From the sequence record SRR22947727_234: DNA of 55,126 nt; one strand, 5' to 3'. The translations under genes and the position numbers were made by a program. Shown here one piece after another: positions 26,994 to 39,177 of the stretch. Position 1 is the first letter of the stretch. Every line of letters starts with the position of its first letter. The notes under the pieces were generated by a model, which saw nothing but the letters and a program-made list of their open reading frames with translations, searched no databases and was not told the DNA's origin.

Positions 26994-27725
26994 CTATGCA
27001 GCCATAGATATTTTGCGCCGGCCCTGCGCGGTCAAAATGCTGCACCTCAGCTCTTCAAAGACCGCAGCCGTAAGCGGATGGCCATAACCGGCGCCGCTGT
27101 CGAGATTGACTCTGTTGCCATAATGGCAGGCCCGCTCGATCGGCGAATGGCCATGCACGATAATCTTTGGATGCCGACCGTCAAAATCCAGGAACTCTTC
27201 GCGAATCCACAAAAGATCTTCTTCATTCTGATCGCACAATGCGACGCCGGGGCGGATACCTGCGTGACAAAAGAACAAATCCTCTGTCTCAAAGGTCAAA
27301 GGGCACCCCTCAAGAAAATCAAGGTGCGCCTTTGGCACCGCGCGCAACGCCTCGTCATGCACCGGGGAGAGCCGCCGGCGCGCGCTGAAATCCAGACCGT
27401 AAGAGCGCAGCGTGTCTTGCCCGCCCAATCGCTCATGCAGCCAACTCAAATCGGTAAACAGATGCGGATCTGCCCGGCTTGGAGTTTGCAAAAACCACTC
27501 AAACATCCGGTCATGATTGCCCTTTAAAAATGTCCAATTGCGCCCCGCATCGCGGCCCTGGATCAAAAAATCCAAAACGCCACGACTGTCAGGTCCCCGA
27601 TCGATATAATCGCCAAGAAAGACGATGGGGGCCTCGGGCCCACCATCTTTTTCAATCCATTCAATCGCTTGGGTCAGCCCGGCCAATTGGCCATGGATGT
27701 CACCAATCGCATAGAGCGCCGTCAT
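26994..27725 (-). CDS. calcineurin-like metallophosphoesterase
   Basis: GDIHG, GDYIDRG, GNHD, HAG, VHGH. Confidence 0.9.
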   Translation of the reverse strand: MTALYAIGDIHGQLAGLTQAIEWIEKDGGPEAPIVFLGDYIDRGPDSRGVLDFLIQGRDAGRNWTFLKGNHDRMFEWFLQTPSRADPHLFTDLSWLHERLGGQDTLRSYGLDFSARRRLSPVHDEALRAVPKAHLDFLEGCPLTFETEDLFFCHAGIRPGVALCDQNEEDLLWIREEFLDFDGRHPKIIVHGHSPIERACHYGNRVNLDSGAGYGHPLTAAVFEELRCSILTAQGRRKISMAA

Positions 27726-29317
27726 GAGACATCAAACTCTAAACGACTGACTTGGTTGAATTTTCCAGTCGCCTGCAAATCGGCCAATACCAGATCAGAG
27801 ACCGGCGCATCCACATACAGCAAGGCAATCGCCTGCCCACCTTCCGCTGCGCGCCCCAATGTAAAATTCGCAATATTCACGTCATTTTTTCCCATGGTCG
27901 AGCCCAATACACCGATAATGCCCGGCACGTCATTATTGGTGGTATAGAGCATGTGACGCCCAATTTCCGCATCTACATTGATGCCCTTGATCTGGATAAA
28001 GCGCGGCTTGCCATCGCTGAACACTGTGCCCGCGACAGAGCGTTCCCGGGTTTGGGTAACCACTGTGACTTTAATGTAGGCATCAAAGACACCAGATTTA
28101 TTTTGATTGGTCGTGCTGATCTTAATGCCGCGCTCTTCTGCAATCACTGGAGCGCTCACCATATTCACATCAGGATTACCCGCTTTCATGATCCCGGCCA
28201 CAACGCCGCAGTTGAGCGCTGCGAGATTCATCGAAGCGACCGTGCCATCATATAAAATATTAATCGCCTTAATGGGCTCGGAGGTCATTTGCCCGATAAA
28301 GGCCCCCAAATGCCCAGCCAATGCCAACCATGGCCCCATGGTCTTAGCCTCTTCAGCTGTCACCGATGGCATATTCAGCGCATTGGTCACAGCGCCCGTC
28401 AGCAGATAGTCAGACATTTGTTCAGCCACTTGCACGGCCACGTTTTCCTGCGCTTCCGTTGTGGCAGCGCCCAAATGGGGGGTGCAAACCACATTGGGCA
28501 AGTTGAACAAAGGGCTGTCTGTTGCCGGCTCCACTTCGAACACATCGAAGGCTGCCCCGGCCACATGACCCGATTTCAGCGCCTCGGCCAAAGCGACCTC
28601 ATCGACCAAACCACCGCGGGCGCAGTTGATGACCCGCACACCGGGTTTCATCTTGGCAATCGCCTCAGCATTCAAAATATTGCTGGTCTGCTCGGTTTTG
28701 GGCACATGCAATGTGATGAAATCGGCCCGCGCCAAAAGCTCGTCCAGGTCCACTTTTTGCACGCCCAATTTTTCGGCCCGCTCTTGGGAGAGGAAGGGAT
28801 CATAGGCCACAACCTTCATCTTGAGGCCCAAGGCACGCTCACAGACGATGCCGCCAATATTACCCGCGCCAATCACGCCAAGGGTCTTGCCCGTAAGCTC
28901 TACCCCCATGAATTTGGATTTTTCCCATTTCCCCGCGTGGGTAGAGGCGCTGGCCTCAGGAATTTGCCGCGCCACAGCGAACATCATCGCAATGGCGTGT
29001 TCTGCGGTGGTGATCATATTGCCAAAGGGCGTGTTCATCACGATCACACCTTTTTTGGAGGCAGCGGCCCGGTCGATATTATCCACACCGATGCCAGCCC
29101 GGCCAATCACCTTTAGATTGCTGGCCGCATTGATAATTTTTTCTGTAGCCTTGGTCGCAGAACGAATGGCCAAGCCATCATATTGATCAATGACAGAGAG
29201 CAATTTGTCTTTGTCCTTGCCAATGCTGGGATCAAAATCCACCTCAATGCCACGATCGCGGAAGATTTGAACAGCAGTTTCAGAGAGTTTGTCAGATACG
29301 AGTACTTTCGGGGCCAT
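27722..29317 (-). CDS. serA: D-3-phosphoglycerate dehydrogenase
   Basis: GRAGIGVDN, GAGNIG, NCARGG, TPHLGA, C-terminal ACT domain. Confidence 0.97.
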   Translation of the reverse strand: MAPKVLVSDKLSETAVQIFRDRGIEVDFDPSIGKDKDKLLSVIDQYDGLAIRSATKATEKIINAASNLKVIGRAGIGVDNIDRAAASKKGVIVMNTPFGNMITTAEHAIAMMFAVARQIPEASASTHAGKWEKSKFMGVELTGKTLGVIGAGNIGGIVCERALGLKMKVVAYDPFLSQERAEKLGVQKVDLDELLARADFITLHVPKTEQTSNILNAEAIAKMKPGVRVINCARGGLVDEVALAEALKSGHVAGAAFDVFEVEPATDSPLFNLPNVVCTPHLGAATTEAQENVAVQVAEQMSDYLLTGAVTNALNMPSVTAEEAKTMGPWLALAGHLGAFIGQMTSEPIKAINILYDGTVASMNLAALNCGVVAGIMKAGNPDVNMVSAPVIAEERGIKISTTNQNKSGVFDAYIKVTVVTQTRERSVAGTVFSDGKPRFIQIKGINVDAEIGRHMLYTTNNDVPGIIGVLGSTMGKNDVNIANFTLGRAAEGGQAIALLYVDAPVSDLVLADLQATGKFNQVSRLEFDVS

Positions 29318-29348
29318 ATCGGCGCTCCTTATTTTATGAGGGAAGAAA

Positions 29349-29364
29349 GTGGGGCTAGCCCCAC
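29349..29364 (-). terminator. intergenic hairpin between serC and serA
   Basis: Perfect palindrome GTGGGGCTAGCCCCAC followed on the minus strand by TTTCTT. Confidence 0.35.
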
Positions 29365-29371
29365 CTAAAAA

Positions 29372-30514
29372 TTATTCTGCGTCAAGCTCGCAGCGGTAAG
29401 CCCATTCCAGCCAGGGCAACATCACCAGGACATCTGCCGTTTCAACCGTCGCCCCGCACCAAATGCGTAGGCCTGCTGGCGCGTCGCGATAGGCACCGAT
29501 ATCCAGGGCCGCGCCCTCCGCCTCTAGGCGTTTGGCGACCGCTTTGGCAAAACCTGCCGGATCTTGAATGCGCGGATCGGTGAATTTCAAACACACTGAG
29601 GTGACCGAGCGCGTCGCCGGATCCACAGCAAGATTGTCAATCCAATCCCGGGTGTCGCAAAAATCCCAAACCGCTTTGGCATTGGCCTGCGCGCGGGCGA
29701 TCAACCCTGCGAGACCACCAAGGCTTTCAGCCCAATCCAACGCAAACAAATAATCCTCAACGCAGAGCATCGACGGGGTGTTGATCGTCTCGCCTCGGAA
29801 AATGCCTTCGATCAGCTTGCCGCCCTTGGTGAGGCGAAAAATTTTCGGCATGGGCCAGGCCGGGGTGTAGCTTTCCAGCCGCTCCACCGCACGGGGTGAG
29901 AGAATAAGCACCCCATGCGCCGCTTCCCCGCCAAGCACTTTTTGCCAGCTGAAGGTTGTCACATCAAGTTTGTCCCAAGGCAGGTCCACGGCAAAGGCCG
30001 CAGAGGTTGCGTCGCAAAGTGTCAAACCCGCGCGATCGGCCGCAATAGCAGAGCCATCAGGCATACACACGCCGGAGGTCGTGCCGTTCCAAGTGAAGCA
30101 AACGTCATTGTCATAATTCAGCGCCGCCATGTCGAAAATTTCGCCATAGGGCGCGATATGTTCGGAGGCCTCGATCTTCAACTGTTTCACAACATCGCTG
30201 ACCCAGCCAGCGCCAAAGCTTTCCCAGGCCACCATCTGCGCCGGGCGTTCGCCCAGCAAAGACCACATGGCCATCTCAAAAGCGCCAGTATCGGAGGCCG
30301 GTACGATGCCGATTTTATAATCTGCCGGGATTTTTAGAACGCGGCGGGTTTGCTCTATGGCCTCAGCCAATTTTGCCTTGCCGCCTGCTGCGCGATGCGA
30401 ACGGCCAAGCCAAGCATCACTCAAAGCGCTCTGGGTCCATGTGGGGGGTTTGGCGCAAGGGCCAGAAGAAAAACGCGGATTAGCCGGCCGCGATGCCGGA
30501 TGTTCAATAGCCAT
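29372..30514 (-). CDS. serC: phosphoserine aminotransferase
   Basis: [27 protein letters not shown] (PLP lysine), GLRIWCG. Confidence 0.96.
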   Translation of the reverse strand: MAIEHPASRPANPRFSSGPCAKPPTWTQSALSDAWLGRSHRAAGGKAKLAEAIEQTRRVLKIPADYKIGIVPASDTGAFEMAMWSLLGERPAQMVAWESFGAGWVSDVVKQLKIEASEHIAPYGEIFDMAALNYDNDVCFTWNGTTSGVCMPDGSAIAADRAGLTLCDATSAAFAVDLPWDKLDVTTFSWQKVLGGEAAHGVLILSPRAVERLESYTPAWPMPKIFRLTKGGKLIEGIFRGETINTPSMLCVEDYLFALDWAESLGGLAGLIARAQANAKAVWDFCDTRDWIDNLAVDPATRSVTSVCLKFTDPRIQDPAGFAKAVAKRLEAEGAALDIGAYRDAPAGLRIWCGATVETADVLVMLPWLEWAYRCELDAE

Positions 30515-30522
30515 CAATGCTA

Positions 30523-30570
30523 TCCTCTCAGATATGCGCCCTTCGTTGGGGAAGGGTGTCCCATCTGCTG
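30523..30570 (-). ncRNA. serC leader RNA motif
   Basis: Minus strand CAGATGGGACACCCTTCCCCAACGAAGGGCGCATATCTGAGAGGA directly before the serC start; CCCAAC-loop hairpin matches the alphaproteobacterial serC leader as I recall it. Confidence 0.8.
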
Positions 30571-30720
30571 AGATACCCAATTGCCCATTCAGCCACAAGA
30601 GCAGAAATGTCGGATTTTACACAAATTGCATCGCAGCCGGGCCACATTCTGAGCCGATCGGAAACTTCGCCATCCGGGCAAAGTGTTGTGGCTTGGCGGT
30701 TGGGGTATGCAGAGGTCTTT

Positions 30721-31218
30721 TTAAGGATAGGCAGCGCGCAGTTGAGCTATTTTTTCATCGGTGACGTCACCCTCGATGAGCACATGCACTTGGCCGTCTC
30801 GGCCCACCAAAGCGGTATAAATCTCGTTGCGCCCATCGATGCCCAATGCCTTATTGAACGCACGCTGGCTCGAATAAATCGTAATCGTCCGACCGCGCAT
30901 CGCCGTTGAGGTGATGCCGGAGCGCATGCCATTATCGACGAAGCTTCGAAACAGAGCCGCGCCGCGCCCGACCACGGGCAGCTCAACCCAGGCCGGTCCC
31001 CCACGCTCTTGCAACCCCAAACGCGCCACCCAGGCGTTGATGCTCGGCTGTTGGTTCCGTTTATAGGCAATGAAAACAATCGTGGGATCACCCGGAAAAT
31101 CTTGCGGCAGGCTGACAGCGCGCCCGTTCAAATCATCGGCATCCAGCGAAGGAAACTGTAACTCCGCTATCGCCATATTCGCCCAAAACACCACGACCAA
31201 CGCCACGAGTATCCGCAT
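30721..31218 (-). CDS. exported hypothetical protein, thioredoxin-like fold without CxxC
   Basis: Signal peptide; FPSLDADDLNGRAVSLP, IDGRNEIYTALVGRDGQV. Confidence 0.65.
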   Translation of the reverse strand: MRILVALVVVFWANMAIAELQFPSLDADDLNGRAVSLPQDFPGDPTIVFIAYKRNQQPSINAWVARLGLQERGGPAWVELPVVGRGAALFRSFVDNGMRSGITSTAMRGRTITIYSSQRAFNKALGIDGRNEIYTALVGRDGQVHVLIEGDVTDEKIAQLRAAYP

Positions 31219-31334
31219 TGTGCTATCCCTTTGCCCAAATGTCTTTCAAGGTTGTTTCGCCCGGCAGGCGGCTTTGGATCACTTGCAACTGTGCAAACTT
31301 CTTGGCACATGGCATCAAAGAAGGAATATCGCGG

Positions 31335-32213
31335 ATGTTTGTAACCACTTTATTGTGCCAGCCAGGCCAAGCGGCCATCACCCCCAATCTGGCGCAATCG
31401 CTCTGCAATGCCTGGGGCGGGCGGGACCTCACTTGGTTGGCACCGCGTGAGGCCGTGGAATTTGAATGCCTGCAAAGCCCCGACACCCTCTGGCAGGTGT
31501 GGCAAGAGATGCAGGCGCAGAACATTGATCTGGTGATGCAGCCCAGCGCCGGGCGACGCAAGAAAATGTTGCTGGCCGATATGGACAGCACCATGATTGA
31601 GCAAGAGTGCATCGATGAACTGGCCGTGGAAGCCGGCGTTGGCGATGAGGTCTCACAGATCACCGCAAGAGCGATGAATGGCGAATTGGATTTCGAACAA
31701 GCCCTGCAAGAGCGCACCGGGCTGCTCAAAGGTCTGGCGGTTGAGATCATCGACAAAGTCTATCAAACACGCATCACCTATATGCCCGGTGGCGCGCAGC
31801 TTTTGGCAACGATGAAAGCGAATGGCGCCTATGCGGATCTTGTCAGCGGCGGCTTTACGGACTTCACAGCCAAGGTTGCCAGCACGCTTGGGTTTGATAG
31901 CCACAGGGCCAACCGGCTGTTGCAGGCGGATCACTCTTTGACCGGTGAGGTGGGACTGCCCATATTGGGCCGTGAAGCAAAGGTGACCGCGCTCAACGAG
32001 CTTACAGCCGCGCGCGGCCTCACGCCTCAAGATGTCCTGGCCGTTGGAGATGGCGCCAATGATTTAGGCATGTTGCAGCTGGCCGGGACCGGCGTGGCGC
32101 TTCATGCCAAACCCATGGTGCAAGAGCAGGTGTCGGTGCGCATCAATCACGGAGATTTGACCGCGCTGCTCTACCTGCAAGGCTATTCATCTTCGCAATT
32201 TGTCACACCCTAG
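31335..32213 (+). CDS. serB: phosphoserine phosphatase
   Basis: ADMDST, ITARAMNGELDF, VSGGF, GDGANDL HAD motifs. Confidence 0.95.
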   Translation: MFVTTLLCQPGQAAITPNLAQSLCNAWGGRDLTWLAPREAVEFECLQSPDTLWQVWQEMQAQNIDLVMQPSAGRRKKMLLADMDSTMIEQECIDELAVEAGVGDEVSQITARAMNGELDFEQALQERTGLLKGLAVEIIDKVYQTRITYMPGGAQLLATMKANGAYADLVSGGFTDFTAKVASTLGFDSHRANRLLQADHSLTGEVGLPILGREAKVTALNELTAARGLTPQDVLAVGDGANDLGMLQLAGTGVALHAKPMVQEQVSVRINHGDLTALLYLQGYSSSQFVTP

Positions 32214-32273
32214 CGCTTGATCGACCAAAGTGGACGCCGCTTTGGCCGGTTGAACATATCCCAATTCAATACC

Positions 32274-33248
32274 TTAGAGGAGCGCCGAAATCTGTCCCGT
32301 CTGCAGCCCATCCCAATTGTGGATCGGGCCCAAGCGTTTGAGAGCGGCGGGATGATCCGCCTCCAGCACCCCAAGACGGATCAGCAAAGCCGCGATCAGC
32401 GCCTCACTGGCGCGGGTCGCCCCATCTTCAATCTTCACCGCGATCCCCGCCCGCAGACCTGGGATAATCGCGATAAACACAGCCTCTGCCCCCGTCTTCA
32501 GTGCAACCCCAGGAGCCGCGCGCATCAATTCCGTGCAGGCACGGGTCTCGCCCGCCACCAATTCCGGATGCGCCATCATGGCATCGCGCAACTGTGAAGC
32601 GGCCTTTCCAAGCGGATCGGCGCCGCCGGCGGCACAGCGCGCCATAGCCCGGGCCAAACCGACTATACTGCAGGCCCAATTGGGCGCAGAGCAGCCGTCA
32701 ATGCCATAGCCAGGGCTGGTCTCGCCGGTCATCTCTTCAAAGGCCGCCCGCACGACAATTTGAACCGGGTGATCCACCTCGTGATACTCGGGCCCGGCCC
32801 GCAAATGTTGCGCCAAGGTCAAAAATCCGCAGTGTTTTCCGGAGCAATTATTGTGGTAACGGCAGGCGGATTGATCGGTTTTCACCAGGTGATTACTGGC
32901 CGGTATATCCCGGGGCCACTGGGTCCCACAGCGAAAATCCGCATCGGTCTTGCCGAGCTGCCCCAACCAGTCCAGCACAAGCTGCGAATGGATATCAGCC
33001 CCCTGATGTGAGGCGCAGGCCAATGCCAGATGCCGCGCCGTCAAGCCTTGGGCCGCGGCCGCGCCAGAGGTCACGAGGGGAAGGGCTTGCAATATTTTGC
33101 ACGATGACCGGGGCAGGATCACATGCTCAGGATCACCCCAAGCCTCTATAATTTCGCCTTCGAAATTGCACACCACCGCATGACCGCGATGCTGACTTTC
33201 TAAAAATTCGCCCCGCCAAACTTCGATCAAGGGAGTTGCGTTTAACAT
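32274..33248 (-). CDS. L-asparaginase II (Rhizobium etli type)
   Basis: RSSCK, CASH, NNCSGKH, DGCSAP, KTGAE. Confidence 0.9.
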   Translation of the reverse strand: MLNATPLIEVWRGEFLESQHRGHAVVCNFEGEIIEAWGDPEHVILPRSSCKILQALPLVTSGAAAAQGLTARHLALACASHQGADIHSQLVLDWLGQLGKTDADFRCGTQWPRDIPASNHLVKTDQSACRYHNNCSGKHCGFLTLAQHLRAGPEYHEVDHPVQIVVRAAFEEMTGETSPGYGIDGCSAPNWACSIVGLARAMARCAAGGADPLGKAASQLRDAMMAHPELVAGETRACTELMRAAPGVALKTGAEAVFIAIIPGLRAGIAVKIEDGATRASEALIAALLIRLGVLEADHPAALKRLGPIHNWDGLQTGQISALL

Positions 33249-33410
33249 TTCGGTCTCCAAATAAGCATTTTTTTGCCAAGAGTACCCTTTGAGGGCTTCC
33301 CCCACAGGTCTCTGGTGCGTTAGGTTCCCCATACCAAAGGACGACCTCTACGGCCAGATGAAACCTCTGCGCCCATGGGGCGACCGGCGAAATTAATAAA
33401 GGCGTATCTA

Positions 33411-33935
33411 ATGTTAAAGACAGTGATTTCTTCTGTGGCATGTGTTTTGGCACTTCTTTGTTCGGCCGCTTCCGCGCAAGAAACCTCAAACCGGGTGGCC
33501 GCCAAAACCGATTGGTCGGTTTTCGTAGAAAGTGACCCAAAAGAATGCTGGGCCGTGACGGCTCCCAAAGAAACTGTCAACACCAAGGGCGGCAAGGTCG
33601 TTTCGGTGCGCCGTGGCCAGATCCTTCTGTTTGTATTTCACCGCCCCGGGAATGATGTGAAAGGCCAAGTGGCCTTCACCGGTGGTTATCCTTTCGCCAA
33701 AGATCGCCCGATCATTTTGAACATCGACGGCGCCGATTTTGAGCTCTCAATCGATGGCGAATGGGCCTGGCCGCCCAGCCCAAGCGATGACGCTAAGATT
33801 GTTGCAGCAATGAAACGCGGCGCAAAGGCCGTGATTACAGCGCAATCAGAGCGCGGCACGGTGACAAAAGACACATTCAGCCTGAAGGGCTTCACCGCCG
33901 CAGTCACCGATTCTGAAAAACGCTGCACCGGCTAA
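33411..33935 (+). CDS. invasion-associated locus B (IalB) family exported protein
   Basis: Signal peptide, DWSVF...ECWA, AMKRG, DTFSLKGFTAA; upstream of rlmN. Confidence 0.8.
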   Translation: MLKTVISSVACVLALLCSAASAQETSNRVAAKTDWSVFVESDPKECWAVTAPKETVNTKGGKVVSVRRGQILLFVFHRPGNDVKGQVAFTGGYPFAKDRPIILNIDGADFELSIDGEWAWPPSPSDDAKIVAAMKRGAKAVITAQSERGTVTKDTFSLKGFTAAVTDSEKRCTG

Positions 33936-33964
33936 AATGCTCCGTACGATTGGCAAACACCCCG

Positions 33965-33984
33965 GGCCCTGCTAAAGCAGGGCC
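33965..33984 (+). terminator. hairpin between the IalB-family gene and rlmN
   Basis: GGCCCTGCT-AA-AGCAGGGCC followed by TTCTTC. Confidence 0.4.
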
Positions 33985-34005
33985 TTCTTCATATGGATAA
34001 CAGCC

Positions 34006-35196
34006 ATGACCTCTGCCTCCGCTCCCATCACCCAAGATCTCGTGACCCTGCCACGCAAGTTGCCAGAAGGGCCCATCAATCTGGTTGGCCTGACGCGGGA
34101 TGCGCTGCAGGAGGCTTTGATCACAGCGGGCACCCCTGCGAAGCAGGTGAAAATGCGGCTGGGGCAGCTCTGGCAATGGATCTACGAAAAAGGCGTGCGC
34201 GATTTTGAGCAGATGACAAATCTGTCCAAAGACTACCGCGCGCTTTTGGCGGACCATTTTGTGATCGCAATTCCCGAAGTGGTCTCAAAGCAAGTGTCAA
34301 CTGATGGCACACGCAAATATCTGGTGCGCATTGCGGGCGGGCATGAGGTGGAAACGGTCTACATTCCTGAATCTGATCGCGGCACGCTCTGCATCAGCAG
34401 TCAAGTTGGCTGTACCCTCACCTGTTCGTTTTGCCACACGGGGACGCAAAAACTGGTGCGCAACCTCACCGCAGGGGAAATTATTGGCCAGGTGATGCTG
34501 GCTCGGGATGATCTGGGCGAATGGCCCGCTCCGGGGCGCAATCCGGCCACCTCTGCAAGGCTTCTATCGAACATCGTCCTTATGGGCATGGGCGAGCCAC
34601 TGTATAATTTTGAAAATGTCCGCGATGCGATGAAAATCGCCATGGACCCTGAAGGCATTCAACTGTCGCGGCGGCGCATCACCCTCTCGACATCCGGCGT
34701 CGTGCCAGAGATCGCGCGAACAGCGACAGAAATTGGCTGCCTTTTGGCCGTCTCCTTTCATGCCACCACAGACGAGGTCCGCGACAAGCTTGTCCCCATC
34801 AACAAGCGCTGGAACATCGAGGCTCTTCTGGAGGCCCTGCGCGACTACCCAAAGGCAAGCAATTCAGAGCGGATCACCTTTGAATATGTGATGCTCAAGG
34901 GCATTAACGATAGCGACGCCGACGCGCATCGCTTGGTTGACCTGATCAAAGGGATACCCGCCAAAGTTAATCTCATCCCCTTCAACCCTTGGCCCGGCGC
35001 GCCCTATGAGCGCTCTTCTAACAATCGTATCAATGCGTTTTCAGAAATCGTCTATCAAGCTGGCTATGCCAGCCCCGTCCGCAAGCCGCGCGGCGAGGAT
35101 ATCTTTGCCGCCTGCGGACAGCTCAAATCAACCACCGAACGCGCCCGCAAGAGCCGCAAGGACATCGCAGCAGAGACCGGCATTCATTCAACCTAG
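34006..35196 (+). CDS. rlmN: 23S rRNA m2A2503 / tRNA methyltransferase RlmN
   Basis: [30 protein letters not shown]. Confidence 0.97.
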   Translation: MTSASAPITQDLVTLPRKLPEGPINLVGLTRDALQEALITAGTPAKQVKMRLGQLWQWIYEKGVRDFEQMTNLSKDYRALLADHFVIAIPEVVSKQVSTDGTRKYLVRIAGGHEVETVYIPESDRGTLCISSQVGCTLTCSFCHTGTQKLVRNLTAGEIIGQVMLARDDLGEWPAPGRNPATSARLLSNIVLMGMGEPLYNFENVRDAMKIAMDPEGIQLSRRRITLSTSGVVPEIARTATEIGCLLAVSFHATTDEVRDKLVPINKRWNIEALLEALRDYPKASNSERITFEYVMLKGINDSDADAHRLVDLIKGIPAKVNLIPFNPWPGAPYERSSNNRINAFSEIVYQAGYASPVRKPRGEDIFAACGQLKSTTERARKSRKDIAAETGIHST

Positions 35197-35211
35197 CGAG
35201 GGAGACAAACT

Positions 35212-36141
35212 ATGGTGACAGCAAAGGATGTGTCCCACGCCTGGACGCGGATCAAACCCCATGTGCTGCGCACCCCCGTCCTCGAAACCGATGTCTTTGG
35301 TATGCCCCTCACCCTCAAACTCGAACAGATGCAGCATACGGGCAGCTTCAAAGCCCGCGGCGCAATGAATTCTTTGCTCTCGATGGACGTACCCAAAGCC
35401 GGCCTGGTCGCTGCCAGCGGCGGCAATCACGGTGCCGCAGTCGCTTGGGCCGCAGCACGCTTGGGTCACAGAGCCCGCATTTACGTGCCCGAACTGGCGG
35501 GTGACGCAAAAATTAATCTGATCCAAAGCCTTGGCGCTGATTTGGTCGTTGTGCCCGGTGCCTATGCCAATGCATTGGAGCAGGCCTTGAGTTATGAAAA
35601 AGACAGCGGGGCGGCGCAGATCCATGCCTTCGATGCCCCCGGCACGGTGGCTGGGCAAGGCACGGTCATGGCAGAATGGGAAGAGCAAGGCCTCATGGCC
35701 GATACCGTGTTGATCGCCGTAGGCGGTGGCGGTTTGATCGGCGGCGCCATGGCCTGGCTTGAAGGGCGGCGTAAATTGGTGGGGGTCGAGCCATTCAATG
35801 CCCCGACGCTGACCCAAGCATTAGAACACGGGCCGCAGACCACGGTCGAAGTCTCCGGACTGGCCGCCAATGCCTTGGGCGCGAAACAGGCCGGGCGCAT
35901 TTGTTATGATTTGGCGCGCGCGACCGGCACAAATTGTATCAATGTGGAAGATGAGGCCATCGCAGAGGCGCAAAAGCGGCTCTGGAGCGCGCTGCGGCTT
36001 GTGGTTGAGCCAGCCGGGGCCGCGGCCCTCGCGGCCCTGCTCAGCGGAGCCTACCACCCCCAAAAGGACGAGCGCCTGGCGGTGCTTCTCTGCGGGGCCA
36101 ACCCGGCCGCCTCGCCCTTTGGACCCGCAAAGCTGCAATAG
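35212..36141 (+). CDS. PLP-dependent threonine/serine dehydratase
   Basis: TGSFKARGA, SGGNHG, VGGGGL. Confidence 0.88.
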   Translation: MVTAKDVSHAWTRIKPHVLRTPVLETDVFGMPLTLKLEQMQHTGSFKARGAMNSLLSMDVPKAGLVAASGGNHGAAVAWAAARLGHRARIYVPELAGDAKINLIQSLGADLVVVPGAYANALEQALSYEKDSGAAQIHAFDAPGTVAGQGTVMAEWEEQGLMADTVLIAVGGGGLIGGAMAWLEGRRKLVGVEPFNAPTLTQALEHGPQTTVEVSGLAANALGAKQAGRICYDLARATGTNCINVEDEAIAEAQKRLWSALRLVVEPAGAAALAALLSGAYHPQKDERLAVLLCGANPAASPFGPAKLQ

Positions 36142-36204
36142 GCCGTGGACCTGCGGCGCAAGTTTCAGTATGAGGCAGTAAATTTACATCAACCGGAGGC
36201 CTTT

Positions 36205-37032
36205 ATGTCCAACGCACAGCTAGAAATTGCCATTGAGGCCGCGTGGGATACACGCGACACCATCACCCCCGCCACCACCGGCGAAACCCGCGACGCGATT
36301 GAAACAACGCTCAATGCGCTCGACAGCGGCAAGCTGCGGGTTGCTGAAAAGCAAGAAACAGGCGATTGGCATGTCAATCAATGGGCCAAAAAAGCGGTTC
36401 TCTTGGGCTTTCGTCTGAAAGATATGGAATTACAGGCCGGCAGCGCCCAGGGCGGCAGCTGGTGGGATAAAGTCGACAGCAAATGGGCCGGTTGGGGCAC
36501 GGACGATTGGACCTCCGCAGGCTTCCGCGCTGTGCCCAACTGCGTTGTGCGTAAATCGGCCTATATTGCCCCCGGCGTTGTTTTAATGCCTTCTTTTGTA
36601 AACCTGGGCGCCTATGTGGACAGCGGCACTATGGTCGACACTTGGGCCACTGTCGGCAGCTGCGCGCAGATTGGTAAGAATGTGCATCTCTCCGGCGGCG
36701 TGGGCATCGGCGGCGTTTTGGAGCCCATGCAAGCGGGGCCGACCATCATTGAAGACAATTGCTTCATAGGCGCACGCTCGGAAGTCGTTGAAGGCTGCAT
36801 CGTGCGCGAAGGCGCGGTCTTGGGCATGGGGGTCTTTATCGGCAAATCCACCAAAATTGTAGACCGGGAAACCGGCGCAGTGATGTATGGGGAAGTGCCG
36901 CCTTACTCGGTTGTGGTGGCGGGCTCGATGCCCTCCAAAAACAACATCAATCTTTATTGCGCAGTGATCGTGAAACGGGTGGACGCCCAAACGCGCTCCA
37001 AGACAGCCATCAATGAGCTTTTGCGCGACTAA
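36205..37032 (+). CDS. dapD: tetrahydrodipicolinate N-succinyltransferase
   Basis: [37 protein letters not shown]. Confidence 0.97.
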   Translation: MSNAQLEIAIEAAWDTRDTITPATTGETRDAIETTLNALDSGKLRVAEKQETGDWHVNQWAKKAVLLGFRLKDMELQAGSAQGGSWWDKVDSKWAGWGTDDWTSAGFRAVPNCVVRKSAYIAPGVVLMPSFVNLGAYVDSGTMVDTWATVGSCAQIGKNVHLSGGVGIGGVLEPMQAGPTIIEDNCFIGARSEVVEGCIVREGAVLGMGVFIGKSTKIVDRETGAVMYGEVPPYSVVVAGSMPSKNNINLYCAVIVKRVDAQTRSKTAINELLRD

Positions 37033-37107
37033 ACCCTTCATCTGCATGGCCGCGCGCGGAGCGGGGCCATGCAGACGGGTCACGGCAACCAACAAAGCAG
37101 CAGGGTC

Positions 37108-37455
37108 ATGACTGAAAAAATTAAGCGCACCCACCATGTCTACACTTTGCTCGTCGAAGTCGGACGCAAAGAAGGCGACGGTCTGCCTGAGGCGGCCACA
37201 GGCGGCGCATTGATGATCTATGCCAGCGGCGTCGATGAGCCCGAAGCCGTGCGCGAAACGGTCGCCATTCTCAAACAAGCCGATCTCGCGCCCTTGGATG
37301 TGACTGGCTATGGGAGTTTGGAAGAACGGCTTGAAGAGGGCCATGATATCACAGACGACGAACGCGCCTTGATGCAACGAGCTTTGGATGAGAACAGCGT
37401 TGTTGTGGCACAGATGACACCCTTCTTCGAAAATGCCCCAAAAGGAGCACATTGA
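37108..37455 (+). CDS. hypothetical protein
   Basis: Acidic ORF between dapD and dapE, translationally coupled to dapE. Confidence 0.7.
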   Translation: MTEKIKRTHHVYTLLVEVGRKEGDGLPEAATGGALMIYASGVDEPEAVRETVAILKQADLAPLDVTGYGSLEERLEEGHDITDDERALMQRALDENSVVVAQMTPFFENAPKGAH

Positions 37456-38585
37456 TGATTGATCCGGCCGCCCTTACCGAAGATCTCATTCGCTGCGCCA
37501 GCGTCACCCCGCAAGAGGGCGGCGCCTTGCAACTGTTAGAGCGGCTTTTGACCGCCCATGGATTTCACTGCACTCGGGTGGATCGCGGTGATGTGTCCAA
37601 TCTCTTTGCCCGCTGGGGACAAGGCAAAACCTTTGGCTTCAATGGTCACACCGATGTTGTACCGGTCGGAGATCTCAAGGCTTGGAGTGTCGATCCCTTT
37701 GGCGCAGAAATTCGTGATGGGTTTCTCTATGGCCGCGGGGCCACTGATATGAAATCTGGTGTTGCAGCTTTCACCGCCGCCGCGATCGATTTTGTCACCG
37801 AAAGCCCGCCGGATGGCTCGGTTGTTCTGGCCATTACCGGCGATGAAGAAGGCCCGGCCAAAGATGGCACTGTCGCACTTCTTGATTGGATGCAAACGCA
37901 GGGCGAAAGGATGGATCATTGCTTGGTCGGCGAGCCGACCTGCCCTGACGTCATGGGAGATATGATGAAAATCGGGCGCCGCGGCTCGATGAACGGCTAT
38001 TTCACCATCACAGGTGTTCAGGGGCACGCGGCCTATCCGCATCGGGCCAATAACCCACTGCCAGCTATGGCACGCCTCATGGACCAACTCAGCACGGCCA
38101 CGTTGGACACGGGCACAGCGCATTTTGACGCCTCAACCCTGGCGGTGGTCACCATTGACACGGGCAACCCGGCCACAAATGTCATTCCAGCGCAATGTCG
38201 CGCCACGGTTAACATTCGGTTCAATGACGCCCATTCCGGTGCCAGCCTGACCGATTGGCTGCAAGAGCATGCCGACGAAGTGTCGAAGGACTTCAATCTG
38301 CGCGTTGACCTCGACGTCAGTATTTCGGGCGAAAGTTTCATGACGCCACCTGGGGAATTGTCGGACCTTGTCGCGCGCGCGGTACAGGTGGAAACAAACC
38401 GGACCCCGGTGCTCTCAACCAGCGGCGGCACGTCTGATGCCCGCTTTGTGCAGCATCATTGCCCCGTGGTCGAATTTGGCCTGGTCGGCAAAACCATGCA
38501 TCAAGTCGATGAGCGGGTAGAAATCGCGCAAATCCATCAACTCAAATCGATCTATACTCGGATCTTGCGTGACTATTTCGCCTAA
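37455..38585 (+). CDS. dapE: succinyl-diaminopimelate desuccinylase
   Basis: [38 protein letters not shown]. Confidence 0.96.
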   Translation: MIDPAALTEDLIRCASVTPQEGGALQLLERLLTAHGFHCTRVDRGDVSNLFARWGQGKTFGFNGHTDVVPVGDLKAWSVDPFGAEIRDGFLYGRGATDMKSGVAAFTAAAIDFVTESPPDGSVVLAITGDEEGPAKDGTVALLDWMQTQGERMDHCLVGEPTCPDVMGDMMKIGRRGSMNGYFTITGVQGHAAYPHRANNPLPAMARLMDQLSTATLDTGTAHFDASTLAVVTIDTGNPATNVIPAQCRATVNIRFNDAHSGASLTDWLQEHADEVSKDFNLRVDLDVSISGESFMTPPGELSDLVARAVQVETNRTPVLSTSGGTSDARFVQHHCPVVEFGLVGKTMHQVDERVEIAQIHQLKSIYTRILRDYFA

Positions 38586-39177
38586 ATACCGACGACGTTT
38601 GGTGGTCATGGTCAAGGAACCACGGCCAGGGCGGGTCAAAACCCGGCTCGGGCGTGATATTGGTATGACCGCCGCTGCATGGTGGTTTCGTCACCAAACG
38701 CGCCGGCTGCTGCGGCGCCTGCAAGATCCCCGCTGGGAGCTCATTTTGAGCGTCGCGCCCGATCATGAAGGTCTGCAAAGCCGCATTTGGCCGGCGCATT
38801 TGCCGCGCATTCCGCAAGGCTCGGGAGATCTTGGCCAGCGGATGAAACAGGTGTTCGACAGCCTGCCGCCCGGCCCGGTTTGCATTATTGGCGCCGATAT
38901 CCCCGAGATTTCGCGGCGCCATATCTGGAAGGCCTTCGCCAGCCTCGGCACCCATGAGGCCACGCTCGGCCCCGCCCCAGATGGCGGTTATTGGCTGATC
39001 GGGCTCAAACGCTGCCGCCCCAGCCCCAAAGGCTTGTTTGAGCAGGTGCGCTGGTCAACAGCCCATGCATTGCAAGACACGCTGACCAGCTTGTCAGATT
39101 TCACGGTCGCCCGCGTCGACGTGCTGCGCGATATTGACAGCGCGAAGGACCTCAAAGATCTGGGGTCTGTGCACTAA
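38569..39177 (+). CDS. DUF2064/TIGR04282-type nucleotide-sugar transferase-like protein
   Basis: [46 protein letters not shown]; start uncertain. Confidence 0.8.
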   Translation: MTISPKYRRRLVVMVKEPRPGRVKTRLGRDIGMTAAAWWFRHQTRRLLRRLQDPRWELILSVAPDHEGLQSRIWPAHLPRIPQGSGDLGQRMKQVFDSLPPGPVCIIGADIPEISRRHIWKAFASLGTHEATLGPAPDGGYWLIGLKRCRPSPKGLFEQVRWSTAHALQDTLTSLSDFTVARVDVLRDIDSAKDLKDLGSVH